This document shows, piece after piece, positions 33,920-49,475 of a stretch of 64,000 bases of DNA. The stretch spans positions 62,001 to 126,000 of the forward strand of contig QPMI01000061.1 of assembly GCA_004431415.1 (NCBI GenBank), given 5' to 3'. The DNA is from Cyanophora paradoxa CCMP329. Its lineage: Eukaryota > Plantae > Glaucophyta. The position numbers and the translations under genes were made by a program. Under the pieces are notes generated by a model. It was not told the origin of the DNA, did no database searches, and worked only from the letters and a program-made list of their open reading frames with translations. Positions within the stretch are counted from its first letter, which is position 1. Every line of letters starts with the position of its first letter.

Positions 33920-36900
33920 ATGGCGGACGTCCCGATGGACCCCGACAGCGTCGCGCAGATCCTGCGCTCGCTGCTTGTTCCGGATACATCGGTCGTCAGC
34001 GCCGCGGAGGAGCGCATCAAGAAGGTCGTCAAGCAGCCGGAGTGCGTCGGGGTCCTCTTGCACCTCATCCAGGCATGCCCCGAGCCCCAGGCGAGCCTCT
34101 TTCTGCCCGACCCGCCCAGCGCGCACGGAGCCCGGGCGCTGCCGGCTCGCGATCGTCCCCGCCGCCGGCTCACCTTCCCACCCGCGGTGCGCGCGAGCAG
34201 GTCCGGCAGCTTGCGGCGGTGATGCTCCGCAAGAAGATTGCCACGCACTACGGCCGCATCCCCGCCGACCTGCAGGCCTCCGTCAAGACCGTGATGCTCG
34301 AGAGCATCGTGAAGGAGCCGCAGTGCGCTGGCCGAACGCCGCCGCCGCGAGCGCGCGAAGTCTAATTCGCGGCGCCCGCTCGCAGGAGCCTGGTGCGGCG
34401 CGCCGTATCGAACGTGGTGGCGGCGCTGGCGAAGCTGCTGGTCCCGCCCGGGCAGTGGAACGAGCTGCTCGTGTTCCTGCACCAGTGCTCGCAGAGTCCG
34501 CAGAAGGAGCACCGCGAGGCGAGCCGCCCGGGGCGTGGTGCCGCGCCCGCGGCGGCGGCTCACGTCGGCGGCGCAGGCGGCGATGCTACTGTTCAGCACG
34601 CTGACGGAGACGATCGGTGACACGCTGCGGCAGCACTTCGAGACGCTGAAGAACGTGTTCGCCACCGGCCTCGCTGACGCCGAGGCCTCGGTCCGCGTCG
34701 CCGCCCTCAAGTGCGCTCGGCGCCCAGAGCGCGCGCGCGCGTGCAACCTCCGGCGCTCACGCGCCGCAGGGCGGTGTCGGCGCTGGTGCAGTGGATCGAG
34801 AACGAGCAGGAGGCGGTGCGGGGGCCGACCCCCGGGCGCGCCCTCTGCCGCGGCCCGACGCGCGGGGCGGGGCGCAGGGGATCTTCGGGCAGCTCATCGT
34901 GCCGATCGTGACGGTGGTGCGGCAGTGCCTGGCGCAGGGCGACGAGGACACCGCCATCAAGGCCTTCGAGATCTTCGACGACTGCGTCGAGCTCGTGCGC
35001 GCCGCCCCCCGCCCCCCGCCCCCGCCCCCCGCGCCGCCCGCCGGCCGCTGAGCGGAGCGCAGGACGTGGCGGTCCCCGTGCCGCTGCTGGTGGAGCTCAT
35101 GCTGGAGGTGGCGCGCAACGCGCAGCTCGAGCTGAACACGCGCGAGAAGGCCCTCAACTTCGTCTGCTGGGTCGCCCAGTTGTGCGCCCGGGCGCCGCGC
35201 GCGGCGGGGCGGGGCGCCGGTGGCGGCGGGGCTGACGGGGGGCGGGGGCAGCAAGCCGAAGGTGCTGACGAAGAACAAGGCGCTGGTGCAGGCGACGCTG
35301 GAGACGCTCTTCCGCATGGCCGTCGAGCCCGAGGACGACCCCTCCGACGCCGACGAGCTCACCTCCTACAAGGCCCGCCCCGCCCCGCCCCGCCCCGCTC
35401 CGCGGCCCCGCTGAGCGCGGGGGGACGCGCAGGTCGGCTGCCAGACGGTGGACGCCCTGGCGCAGTGCCTGCCCCCCAAGCACGTCTTCCCCGCCGTGTG
35501 GGAGTTCAGCAGCCGCGCCTGCGCCTCCCCGCACCCCGCCGAGCGCCGGGCCGGCCAGATCATCCTCGGCGTCGCCTCCGAGGGCTGCCGCGAGGTCATG
35601 CGCGTGCGCCCCCGCGCCGCCCCTCGCCCGCCCCCGCGCGCGCCGCCCGGGGGCGTGGCTGAGGAGGGGGGGCAGGACAAGCTGAACGAGCTGCTGCCGG
35701 TGGTGTACGCGGGGACGACGGACGGGGAGCTGCACGTGCGCGAGGCCGCCTGCATCGCCCTCGCCCAGTTCGCCGAGTTCCTCCAGCCCGTGAGGCCGTC
35801 CCCCGCCTCGCCCCGCCCCGCCCCGCGCCCCGCGCCCGGCAGCTGACCGCGGGGGTGCGCGGGCAGGAGATCTTCGAGCACCACGCGAACCTGATGCCGG
35901 TGCTGCTGGGGCTGCTGCAGGACGCGCGCGAGGTCGTGCAGGAGAAGACCTGCTACGCCCTCGACGCCCTCTGCGAGAACATGGAGGCCGACGACATCCG
36001 TGCGGCCCCCGCGCCCCGCCCGCGCCCGCCCCGGCGCCTCGCCGACGGGGCGGGGGGCAGTGCCGTACCTGGGGACGCTGGTGGAGGCGCTGATGCGGCT
36101 GCTGCACCACGGCAAGGGGAACGTGCAGGAGATGGCCGTCTCGGCCCTCGCCTCGCTCGCCTCGGCCGCGGAGGACAAGTTCGCGCCCTACTACGCCGCC
36201 GTCCAGCAGACCATGTCCGCCCTCATGCGGCTCGCCTCGGAGGACAAGATCACGCTGAGGGCGCGCGCAACCGAGTGCGCCGGCCTCGTCGCCCTCTCCG
36301 TGGGGCGCGCGGTGTGCGGCGGGGACGTGCCGGGGCTCCTGGCGGCGACGCTGCAGAACATGCAGTCCGTCGACTCGAACGAGCTGCGGGAGCTCTCCTA
36401 CGGCCTCCTGCAGAACGTCTGCCGCCTCCTCAAGGAGGACTTCGCGGCGTACCTCCCCACCGTCGTCCCCCTCGCCATCGCCTCGTGCGAGTCCGAGGAC
36501 GGCATCGTCAGCGGCCCCGACGAGGGCGACGACGACGACGACGACGACGCCCCGGTCCGCCTCGCCCCGCGCCCCGCCGGCGCGGCCGGGCTCGCCCGCT
36601 GACGGCGCGCAGGGGCGGGGCATCGACTCGGACGACGAGAAGGACGACCGGCCGCGCTCGATCTCGGTGCGGACGGCGTGGCTGGACGAGAAGGCGGCGG
36701 CGGCGTCGGCGCTGGGGTGCTTCGCCGAGTGCACGGGGGCGCTGTTCGCGCCCTACGTGGAGCGGTCGGTGAAGACGCTCGTGGACCTCGCCAAGTACTT
36801 CCACGAGGACGTGCGCGGCTCCGTCATGGGCTCCCTCTACTGGATGGCCGTCGTTGTCCACGAGACGTGCCCGCCGGCGCACCCGCGGCCCCCCGAGGAG

Positions 36901-38291
36901 CAGACCGTCCGCAAAATGCCCTTCAAGGGGGGCGACCCCGCCGCCGCCGGGCCCTCCCTCATGCCCACCGACCGGCCCAAGTACTGGGCGAAGAACCGTC
37001 CCGAGACGTGGGGCCTCTCGGAGCAGGCGGCGCAGTGCGTGGCCGCGATCCAGGGCCCGTACCTCGAGGCGCTGGAGGAGGACGACGACCGGGACGTCGT
37101 GCGCACGGCCTGCGAGGCGCTCGGCGACCTCGTCCACCACCTCGGGCCCGCCGCCGTCCAGCAGTGCATGGAGCGGCTCGTCTCGGCCCTCGTCACGCTC
37201 CTCAAGCGCAAGGCCCCCTGCCAGGTCTACGAGGAGGAGGAGGAGGAGGGCGAGCACGCGCACGCCGGCGCCAGCGCACCGGACGCCGACGAGCGCGCCG
37301 GCGCCGACGAGAGCAACGACGCCGGTCCGCCCCGCCATGCTCCGCCGCCCCGGGCGCTCGCTCGGACCTCTGAGCGGGGCGCAGAGGAGGTGCTGACGGA
37401 CGCGGTGTGCGAGTGCGTGGCGGGCCTGGCGAAGGGCCTGGGGCCGGCCTTCGCGCCCTTCTACGCGCAGCTCTTCCCCCACATCATCAAGTACTCGCGG
37501 GCCTCGCGCTCGGCCCAGGAGCGCGTGATGGCGATCGGGAACTGCGCGGAGGTGTGCAACTTCCTGCAGTACGCGTGCGAGCCGTACGTGCAGCGGGTGG
37601 CGGAGGCGGCGGTGCGGGGCCTGCGGGACGAGGACGAGGGCGTGCAGCGCAACTCGGCCTACTGCGTGGGCGTCCTCTGCGAGCACGGCGGGGCCGCCGC
37701 GCAGGCCCTCGTCCTCCCCGCCCTGCAGGCCCTCCACCCCCTCTTCTCCAAGCCCGAGGACAAGGCCGTCACCGACAACGCCGCCGCCGCCGTCGCCCGC
37801 ATGATCCTCGCCCACCCCGCCACCGTGCCCCTCCCCCAGGTCCCCCCCGCCCCGCCCCGCCCCGCCCCGCCCCGCCCCGCGCCGCCCCGGGGGAAGCGAG
37901 GGGCGGGGCAGGTGCTGCCGGTGCTGCTGGCGGCCCTCCCCCTCAAGTCGGACCGCGACGAGGAGCCCGTCGTCTACCGCGCCCTCCGCGCCCTCTACGA
38001 CTCCAAGAACCCCGCTGTGCGCCATGCCCCGCCCCGCCCCGCCCCGCCCCGGCCCCGCAGCCAGCCGGCGGGCCTCACGCGCGGGGCGGGCAGCTGGAGC
38101 CGTGCTTCGAGCGGGTGCTGGAGGTGCTGGGGGAGGGGGTGGCGTCGGGGCAGAGCTCGGGGCCGGTGCGGGCGCAGGTCGCCGACTTCGTGCGCGCCGT
38201 CGTCGCCCAGCACCGGGACGCCGTCGCCCAGATGCTCCCCCGCCTCTCCTCGGGCCAGCACCTCGCCCCCTTCCTCGCCGGCCCCGCATAG
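33920..38291 (+). CDS. IPO4: Importin-4 (Kap123 family karyopherin-beta), multi-exon
   Basis: IBN_N-like start (LLVPDTSVVSAAEERIK..VRQLAAVMLRKKI), HEAT repeats, acidic loop then ISVRTAWLDEKAAA..ALG, VTDNAAAAVARMI, LPLKSD.DE. Confidence 0.92.
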
Positions 38292-38481
38292 CCCTCCCCT
38301 CCCCGTTTGAATTCACGCGATTGCACGGGACGCTCTAGCTATGACTCGCTTCGAGCCCAGGCAACGCCCGCCGTACATCCGATATCCGTCGAATCCCCAG
38401 ACTTGCAACAGGTTAGGGGACTGAGCGCTCCCGCTCCAAAGCAAGGCCGCGGGCAAAGGCTCTTCAGGTTAGGTACGATTA

Positions 38482-40544
<2,063 letters not shown>

Positions 40545-40620
40545 TCAGGCCAGATCAGTCCAGCGAGCAGTCAGGGAGTGCAGCGACTCCAGAGCGGATC
40601 GCAGCGGCGCCGCTGTCCGG

Positions 40621-43600
40621 ATGGCGGAACTGGATGGCGGGCGCGATGGCGTCGAGGACACGTCTAGATCTTGGATTTTGAGAACCTCAAGACTCCTTAG
40701 GAGAGCTGCAGAGAAGGCGCATGCTTTGCTGATAGAGCCGCATGCGAAAGTCTCCAAGGTTTGCTTGGCAGAGAGTCGCCTATGGCCGCTCCCAACTCTC
40801 CCAACTGCATACGTGGTCTGATCGGAGTGCAGGATGAGAAAACCCAGCTCCTGGCACAGTCTCTTTCAGTTGCGATCCTCTTCAGTCTCCCCTTCAACGT
40901 CGCCTGGATCGCCCCCATCTGGAGCAGGGAACGATGCCGGTGCGCTGCATAATCTAGCCGCTGCGCCAGCGCCGTGGCCGCGCTGGCAGGTGTCAATTGC
41001 CCAGCGGCGCTGCTGACGGCCCGCCGTGCAGGCTCGCGCTGGCGCACGTCATCGTCAACCTCGCGTGCTTTATTCTGTCGCGTACGCGGCACGTCATGAT
41101 CGCAGTGTACCTATGGCCTGTTCTCCTCTTCCTCACGGAGCTGCTCGACCTGTATGCGCTACATGCGCTTGGTGATTTCTCAAATAAATGAGTTTGAACT
41201 GGACTGCTTAAAACCCATTGCAGATACCCACATTACCTTCGTCTTTTTAGTAGTTCTTCTGCAGCTTGTAATCTTCATTTTGCCTGTGATTTTTTCAGTG
41301 CGCCACCCGCACGCCCGTCTCCCGCTCGCCGTCCGACGGCCGACCGCCGCCCGCCGGCAGCTGCTCTTCCTCGCCTTCGCGACGGTGCTGCTGGCCCTCG
41401 CGGAGCGCTTCGGCGCGCCCTTCGGCATCAGTCAGTATGATTGGTGCGCCCGCGCTCTGCTCTCCCGCCCGCCCCGCCGCCCGCCCGCCCCCTTGACCCG
41501 CCCGCCGCGCAGGTGGTTCTGGTGCGGCTTCGGCGGGGCCGTCCGCCTGGGGTCACCCCCCTCGGCCTCACGGGCAGGGCGGGGGCGGGGGCGCAGGTAC
41601 GCGTTCGCGGTGCTGTCGAGCTTCGGGGTGGCGGCGTACGTGGCGGGGCGCGAGCGGCGGGCGGTGGCGCTCGTGGAGGACGCCCTCGGCGTCCTCAAGG
41701 AGGAGACCAACATGAAGACGCAGTTCATCGGTGCGCAATCCCCCGCACCGAGCGACCGCCCCCGGCCCTGGCGGCCCCGGCGCCGCGGCGGCCGAACCTT
41801 GCTTCGGGCCGCACGCACAGCTCACGCACGCTTGCAGCTAATGTCTCGCACGAGATGCGCACCCCGCTCACGGGTGCGGTGCGTGCTTGCGGAGGCGCGT
41901 GCGGTGCTGAGGCTCCTGCGGCAGCGGTGTGCGGGGCGGCGGAGCTGCTGCGGGAGTCCGGGCTGGACGAGGAGCAGGCGGAGCTGGTGGGGATGATCGA
42001 GAGCGCGGCGGAGGGCGCCGTCCGCCTCGTGACCTCCATCCTGGACTACTCCAAGCTCGCCGCCGGCGTCATCGAGCTCAAGGAGGAGCTTTTCGACGTC
42101 CGGTGCGCCCCCGCCGGCCCCGCGGGGCGTGCGGAGCGGCCCGCGCCTCCCCCGCCCTCGACAGTCTCTGTTACCTGCTCTGCCCCCTCCCTCTCTCTAT
42201 GCGATCCCCCGGCGCTGCACTGCTGAACTGGGGCCTGCAGGGATCTCTTTGAAAACTGCGTGGGGGCCATCTGGCCGGTGGCCCGCCTCAAGGCGCGCCC
42301 GCCCCGCCCCGCCCCGGCCGGCCGCGCCCCGCGGCTGAGGCCGCTGGCAGAACCTCTCGGTGGACCTGCTGATCGACTGCCCCTTCCACGAGCCGCACGT
42401 CGGCGACACGGGCAAGATCCGCCAGGTCCCCGCCCCGCCCCGCCCCGCATCGCACCCGCCCCGTCGTCTCTCCGCCGCTTGAGCTGCTGGGGGCAGGCTA
42501 CTTTTAACTTCTTGAGCAACGCCATCAAGGTCAGCGTCGCGTCCAGCTGCTTTCGTCCCCCAGACTGCTCTCTTCCAAACTGCTTCGTCCAACCTGGCCC
42601 CTCCAACCGCGTTCAAACCTAGCCCGCCTAATTCAACCCCGTCCAACTTAGCCCGCCCAACCTAGCTCGTCCAGCCCCGTCCAACCCGCAGCCGCCGCTC
42701 CCCCATCCCCCCGCCGCCGCCCCTGACGCGCCCTGTCGCCCCGCAGTTCACCCAGCAGGGCTCCATCGAAGGCGCGCCCGCTCCCCCGCTCCTCCGCCCT
42801 CGCGCCGCCGCCCCTCACGCGCCCCGGCGCCGCGCAGTGAGCGTCTTCGTCACGCCGGACCCTCCGGTGAGCGGCGGGCGGCCCCGGCGGGCGGCGCTCG
42901 CTCGGCCTCGCCGCTGACGCGGGGGCGGCAGCGGCGGCGGTACCACGTGCTGGAGGTGCGGGTGCGGGACAACGGGCCGGGCATCCCCAAGGACAAGATG
43001 CAGCTCCTCTTCCGCAGATTCATGCAGTCCGCCGCCCCGCCCGCCCCGCCCTGCCTCGCCTCGCCCGGCCCTCGCCGAGGGCGCCGGCCGGCGCAGGCTG
43101 CACGACGCGATGACGGGCAAGGTCCAGGGGACGGGCCTGGGCCTCGGTGCGCGCCGCGGGGCGTTGAGCTGCTCCCCGCCGCGCCTTAGCTCGGGGGGCA
43201 GCGATCACGAAGTCGCTGGTGGAGGCGATGGGGGGCACGGTGTGGGTGGAGAGCGCGCAGGACCCGCTGCAGCACGGCTCCACTTTCGGCTTCCGCCTCC
43301 CCCTCCGCCGCAGACCCGGCCCCGGCCCCGGGCCCCTCGCCGCCCCGGGCGCCGCGGGGCGCCGCCCCTCGATCTCGCTCTCGGGGCCGGGGGCGGGCGA
43401 GGGGGAGGCGTCGCCGCTGGGGGCCCCGGGGGGCATCCCCTCGTTCACCGCCTCCGAGGGCCCCGCGCCCCTGGCGCAGGGCGAGGAGGCCCGCTGGCGC
43501 CGCCGCTGGAGCGCCGACGGCAGCGCCGCCCCGCCGGCCCCCGCCCCGCCCCGGGGAGGGCGACGGCCCCGCCGCGTCCGGCGAGGAGGCGCCGCCCCGC

Positions 43601-45470
43601 CCGCCCACCTTCCTCCGCTTCCCCGCCGACGACGAGACCGAGGAGTCGTGCGGCGAGGGCGAGGCGGGCGGCGAGGGGCCGCGCGGCGCGGAGCACTTGC
43701 TCGAGGCGCCGCCCTCGCGCAAGGACAGCGAGTCGCGGCGGCCCTCGGTGCACGCGTGGGGCACGCACCCGCCCCGCCGCGCCGGCCACCCTGGGGCCCC
43801 GAGGAGGGCGGCGCCGGGCGGGCCCCTTGACGCCCTTCGGGCACGCCCACAGCAGCCCGGGGCGCCCTGGGAGAGCCCCGGCTCCCCAGCTCGGGCGGGC
43901 AGGCCGGCACGCCGGGCGGGGCCTCGCGGGGCCGCGTGCGGGCGGCGGCCGGCTCGCTGGCGTCGGTGCGGCGGGCGGGGCGTGGCTGGGGCGCGTGCTG
44001 CGGGGGGGCGCGGGGAGCCCCGCCTCCTCCTACTCCCTCCGCTCCCTCGAGAGCGACGGCGCGGGATCGCCGCCGGGCACCCTCCCCGCCCTCCCGCCCT
44101 CTCCCGGCCGCCATCCGCGAGGGCGGCCTCCCCGCCCGCCGCCGCCCCGCCGACGTCGCCCGCCGCGCCACCGTCGCCTCCCCGCTCGCCCCGCCCTCCG
44201 CCTTCGCCGCCCCGCCGGCCCCGCCGCCGCCGCCGCCGCCGCCGCCCGCTCCGCCGCCATCGGCCGCCGCGCCTCCACCGGCACTTACTTCGCCCGCACC
44301 GCCGGCGGCCCCGCGGCGGCGCTTGCGGCGTCGGCGGCGGGGGCGGGGCGGGCGAGGGGTCGCCGCCGGGCCGCGCGTGGTGAACCGGCCCGCCTTTTCC
44401 CTGACCGTCCAGACGAGCTTCGACTCGAGCGGCTCCTCGGCGGTCGCCGCCCTGCGCCAGGCGGCGGCGCTGCTCGGGGCGCCCGCCCCGGGAGCCCGGG
44501 GGCCCGCCGCCGCCCTCGCGCCGGCCCTCGCTCTGCCCCGTCCACCCGGAGCCCGGCGAGGGCGAGGGCCACTCCCCGGCGCTCCGCCCGAGAGCCCCGC
44601 CCCGCGCCCCCGCTCCCCTCGCCGGCCCCCGCCGCCACCCTCGCGCCCCCGGAGGCGGCGCCGCGCAGCGGCGGCGCCGCGACGCCGGCCCCCTCCGCCC
44701 CCTCCGCCCCGCCGCCGCCGCGGCGACGGGCCCCTCGGAGCGGGGCCCGGCAAAGCCGACCCCGCCGCCGGGGGCGGGGGCGGGGCGGGGGGGGCGGTGG
44801 CGGGTGCTGGTGTGCGACGACAACGAGTTCAACGTGCGGATCGCGCGGAAGATGCTGGAGGCGCTGGGCTGCGAGGTGGCGGTGGCGCGCGACGGGCAGG
44901 AGGCCGTTGACCTCTTCGCCGCCGGCGCCCGCCTCGATCTCGCTTTTCTGGACCTGCAGAGTCCGCCCCCGCCTACGAACCCACTCTCGCTCCTCCCCAC
45001 CGCAGCCCACCCGCGCCCCTCGCCCCCCGCAGTGCCGAACAAGAGCGGCCTGGAGGCGGCGGCGGAGATCCGGGCGATGGCGGGGCCGGGCGGCGGGGCG
45101 GCGCCGCCGCTGCTGGCAATCACGGCGAACGTCTCGGAGGAGTGCCGCGCGCAGTGTCGCGCCGCCGGCTTCACGGGCTTCATCGGTCCGCCCCCGCCCC
45201 CGCGCCCCCCCGCCCCCTCGCGCCGGCCCCTGGCGAGCGGGGGCGGGGGCGGGGCGCAGGCAAGCCCTTCAAGAAGAGCGACCTCGCGTCGGCGCTGGAC
45301 CGCTTCTGCCGGCCCCCGAGCCCCGAGCCCGGCCCCGCCCCCGGCCCAAGAGCGCCACCCCGGGGCCCCGCCCCGCCGTCGTCCCCGCGCCCGCGGCGGC
45401 CGGGGCCGGGGCCCCGGTGCGCATCGCCGGCGTATCCGTCCCCGAGTCTCCCTCCGCCTGCGCCGCCTGA
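40621..45470 (+). CDS. Membrane-bound hybrid histidine kinase (TM region - HisKA - HATPase - receiver)
   Basis: NVSHEMRTPL, ILDYSKL, GDTGKIRQ|ATFNFLSNAIK|FT, VRDNGPGI, GTGLGL|AITKSLVEAMGG; receiver VLVCDDNEFN..FLDLQ|MP..GKP. One apparent 1-nt frameshift near 42380. Confidence 0.93.
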
Positions 45471-46097
45471 AGCCGCGGGGGCACCGCCCGCGCGCGCCCG
45501 CCGCCCCTCGTGCCACAGTCTCTTTTGATCAGACGCGCTTTCGCGTACTTCGCGGCTGCGTGCCTCCACCGTTGCTTGCAATTGCAGGTTAGTTCCTGCC
45601 AACGACTTCGGACGCTGTGCATTGTGAGATTGTTTTGAATGCCGTAGTGTATCTCTAGATCTAGCTATAGGTGAGTAGCCTAGTAGGTAAAAAGCTCGGC
45701 TGATGTTTCGTTTCCTGCCGAAGTGCCTTCGATTTGCCGAGATGAGGCGCACTGCGCAGACCGTTGAACGGCCTTCGATCGTTGTCGATCGCCAGCCTGG
45801 CAGATCGCTTTCAAATCATTGAATTTCGCATGGGTAGTTAGTTTCAAGTTTCCCCAGCACTGTCACACTGTGACAGCGCGCGCGGCGCGCTTCTGCGCAG
45901 TCTCGAAATTTTCGATTTTCTGACTCCCGCGGGCCGAGTCCCGACTCCCGAGTTCCGAAGCTCCACAGCCGGCACTCTAGTACAGAACTGTCACTAAATA
46001 GTGTGTGACTCCTAGTGCTCCGGGCCCGAGTCCGGGGGGCTCCTCAGGTTTGATACGATTGCAAACTATGATTTGGCAACTTGCCAACGGCCACGGG

Positions 46098-49000
46098 CTA
46101 GGAGAGGAGGCGGACGCGGAAGACTCCGGGCTCGGGCTCCGAGAAGGGCAGGGCGCGGCCCTTGAGGAAGGCCTCCACCTGCCCCCGCCCCCGCCCCCGC
46201 CCCGTCAGTCACGTCGCCGTCGCCCGCTGAGCGCTCCCCCCCGCCCCTGCCGGCGGCGCACCTCGGGGCGCAGGCGCGGCCGCAGCCCGTCGCTGTGGTT
46301 CCCCGCTCCCGCGATGATCGTCAAGAACCGACCCGGCGGCGGCGGCGCTGCGCGCGGTCGGCTCGGCGGGGCCCCCGAACAGGGGCACGGGGGCAGGGGA
46401 CCGTCGGGCGGGGGCGCGGGGGCGAGGAAGGGGTGGGCGGCGAGCTTGGCGGCGGCCTCGCGGCAGTGGAGGCCGTGCAGGTCGAGCGTCTCCAGATTGT
46501 CGAGCGCCGCGTTCCTGCCCCGCCCCGCTCGAGCCCCCCGAGGCGCCCCGGGCGCAGACCCGCGCACCGGGCGGCGAAGAGGGCGTCGGCGGCGGCGCGG
46601 TGCAGCGCCGCCGCCCGCTCGCCGTGCGCGGCGGCCTGCGCGGGGTGAGGGGCCGGCGAGACGTCGGGGGGCGGGGGGCGGGGCGGACGCGGCGGGAGAG
46701 CTCGGCGGCGAGGCGGCCGCTCCCCGCGGCGAAGGCCCTCGCCGCGCTCTGCGCGAGCGCCACGTGCCGCCTCTGCTCCCCGTCCGCACCCGCCCGCTCC
46801 CGCCCGTACACCCGCCCTGCAGCCGCCCGCGTCGGGCGGGAGGGGGCCGGCGCGGGGCGGGGCGGGGCGCACGCCAGCCGAGCTCGTCGTCCGCGGCCGG
46901 CGCGTCGGGCGCGTGGAGGCGGCGCCCGAGGCTCGGCAGGCTGAACTCGCTGCGCCAGTCCAGCCCCGCCTCCCCGCGCCGCCCGCCTCGGGCCGGGCGC
47001 GGGGAGCGGCGGCGGGCCGGGGCGGGCGGGGGCTGGAGGGAGGCGTCGAGCTCGCGGCGGGTGGGGAAGCTCTGGCGGAGGAGGGCGGCGGCGGCCGGCT
47101 TGTCGCCCTCGCAGGCGACGAGGGCGGCCTCGAGGGCCTCCGCCTCGGCGCTCGGGAAGCTCTCCGCGAGGTCCGCCAGCTTCATCAGCCGCAGCAGCCT
47201 CTCGCCCCCGCCCCGCCCCCGCTCCTCCCGCCCCCGCCCGCCCCGGCCCCGGCGGCGGCGGGGCGGCGGGACGGCGAGGGCGTCCCGCGGCGCGCGGGGA
47301 GGCGGCACGAGGCCGGCGGCGGCGGCGCCGCCCCGACCGCGGGGCTCGCCGGGCGCTCGGCGGCAGTGGCCGGCGAGGCGCGGCCCGAGGGGCCGCGGGC
47401 GGGGGCCAGGGGAGGGGGGACTGTGGGCGCCGTGGCGGGGGCGGGGCGGGGGGTCGGCGAGGGCGAGGGTGAGGGCGAGGGCCTCAACGGCCGCCTCCAC
47501 GTCCCCGCGTGCTCCCGCAGCGCCCCCGCCACCGCCTCGGGGCCACCGCGGGGAAGACCGCCTGCAGGAAGCGCGCGGCGTGCGCCTCGAGCTCGGCGCG
47601 GGGCGGGGGCGGCGGCGGCGGCGGGCGCGGGGCGGGCGCTGCATGGCGGAGTACTTGGACTCGAGGAGGGCGTCGTCCTCGTCCCCGAGGAAGGCCGCCG
47701 AGGCGCCCCCGGCGGCGAGGAAGGCCTCCGCCTGCTCCCGCCAGAGCTCCTCCGCCGCCCACGCCGCCTCCACCAGCGCCTCCTCGCCCCACCCGCTGTA
47801 GTCCGACCCCGACCCCGACGCCGCCCGCCCCGCGGCGACCCCGGCGAGGCGCTCCGCGACGACCCCGGCGTCCCCGCGCAGGCCGCCGCGGCCCCCGCCC
47901 GGCGCCGCCGCCCAGGCCGCCCAGGCCGCCGCCCCGCCCTCGCCGTCCGAGTCCTGCAGGACGGCCGCCGCCGCGGAGCGGGCCACGGCGGCAGCCGCCT
48001 CGCCGGCGGCCGCCTCGTCCAGCGGGGCCGGGGCCGGGGCCGGCGCCGGGCGGAGCACGGCGATGCCGCAGAGGGCCGAGACCGAGAGGAGCGCCTCGTG
48101 GCGCGCCTCGACCGCCTCCCCGCGGTACACGAACTGCGCCGCCCGTCGCCCGGCGCGCGCGGGCGGGGCGGGGCGGGGCGGGGCGTGCGGGGCGGACCTG
48201 GAAGGCCGGGGCAGGGGGAGGTCGGGGCGCAGGCGAGGGCGCGGCGAGCGTCCGCCAGGTATCCCTCGGCAGGCAGGCGCAGGGAGCCCACGCGGCGCGC
48301 CCCGCCCCCGCCGGCCCCACGAACACCTCCAGCTCCTCCTCCGCCCCGCCCCCGACGGCCCCGCAGGTGCAGGCGCGGCCGGCGCGGCCGGCGGGCGGCG
48401 TGCGGCGGCGGCCTCCCGCGGAGCTCCCCTGGGGCCGGTGGCGGCGCGGGCGGCGGGAAGGGCGGCGCCAAAGGCGGCTGCGCCACCCAGACGTTCCAGG
48501 GAGGCCTGCGCGGGAGCTCATGCGGGAGCGAGGAGAGAACGCGCGTGTCGCCGGCGGAGCTCAGCGCACCACCAGCCCCGGCCGGGCCCGCCTTGACGCG
48601 CGGGGCGGTGGGGAAGGCTCCCTGCCGGCGCCCCGAGGGGCGACTCGGTTCTCCTTGGATGCGGCGGCCCGGGTCCGTTGGCGGCGTGCACGTGCGGATG
48701 CGGCGATGCGCGGTGCACGCCGTTTGCTTGAGGGAGGCCTGGCGGGGCCGCTGGCGGGGCCGCTGGCGGGGCCGGCGAGGACGCGCGCAGGAAAGGGGGC
48801 CGGTAGGGTTTCGGTGCCACTTGCTGCTGTGGGGCTACTGGGACCGACGTTAGAGCGATGGCCTGCGCGTGAAGAATCTTAGTGCAAGGTGATATGCGGG
48901 GGGGGCGGCGTGGCGTTTCGCACCGGTCTGAATTGTGGGTCCGGCGAGCGGCTGGGAGATGCGGCGGCAGCTCCGCGCGCAACATCTCCGTTGCTTAAGG

Positions 49001-49336
49001 CTTTGGCGAAGGAGCGCGGCTGGGCCGCTGCCGGGCCCGGCGCCGCGGAACGAGGCGCTGGAGCTGGCCCGGTCGCGGTTGGCGGGACCTCTTCGCTCAT
49101 GCCCAGAAGCGTTGTGATCGCGGCGTTAAACGAGCCTCCAGAGATCTCCCAGATGGTGGTAAGGACTTCGGGATCTGCAGCGCGGCGCACGTGGCCAGAA
49201 TATCAATTTCATGGGCAGGCACTCGCGCAGAGTTAAGATAGCTTAAGAAGAGCATCTAGATAATGCCAGAGCTATCAATGCGCTCACCGTAGTTCGGGAA
49301 CATCTCCTTCAGCTTTCTCACCTCCGACGCTGCCAT
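46098..49336 (-). CDS. CUE/UBA + DUF1771-like + Smr-domain endonuclease (Cue2/N4BP2/NONU-1-like architecture)
   Basis: N-terminal LKEMFPNY|DPEVLTTIWEISGGSFNAAITTLL (CUE), further CUE-like repeats (LAESFPSAE..ALVACEGD), C-terminal LDLHGLH..EA and IIAGAGNHS (Smr). Stop at 46098-46100. Confidence 0.85.
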
Positions 49337-49475
49337 TGCGCAAGTAGCTTCGGTTGCGACTGGAAGACGGGTTTTCGCGGCGGTCTGCAGTGTGGAATTG
49401 GTGGCGCGGCGAACGTGAGGGGGGTACACGGTGTCCAGGCAGGGTTCATAGGAGCGGAGCTGCCACAGCGGCGCG

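Noticed and set aside
42370-42400. Frameshift in the histidine kinase (DC-PFHEPHVGD needs one more C), suggesting a pseudogene or recoding
   Set aside because: It falls in a C run and all catalytic motifs are intact. A homopolymer sequencing error is more likely; check the reads.
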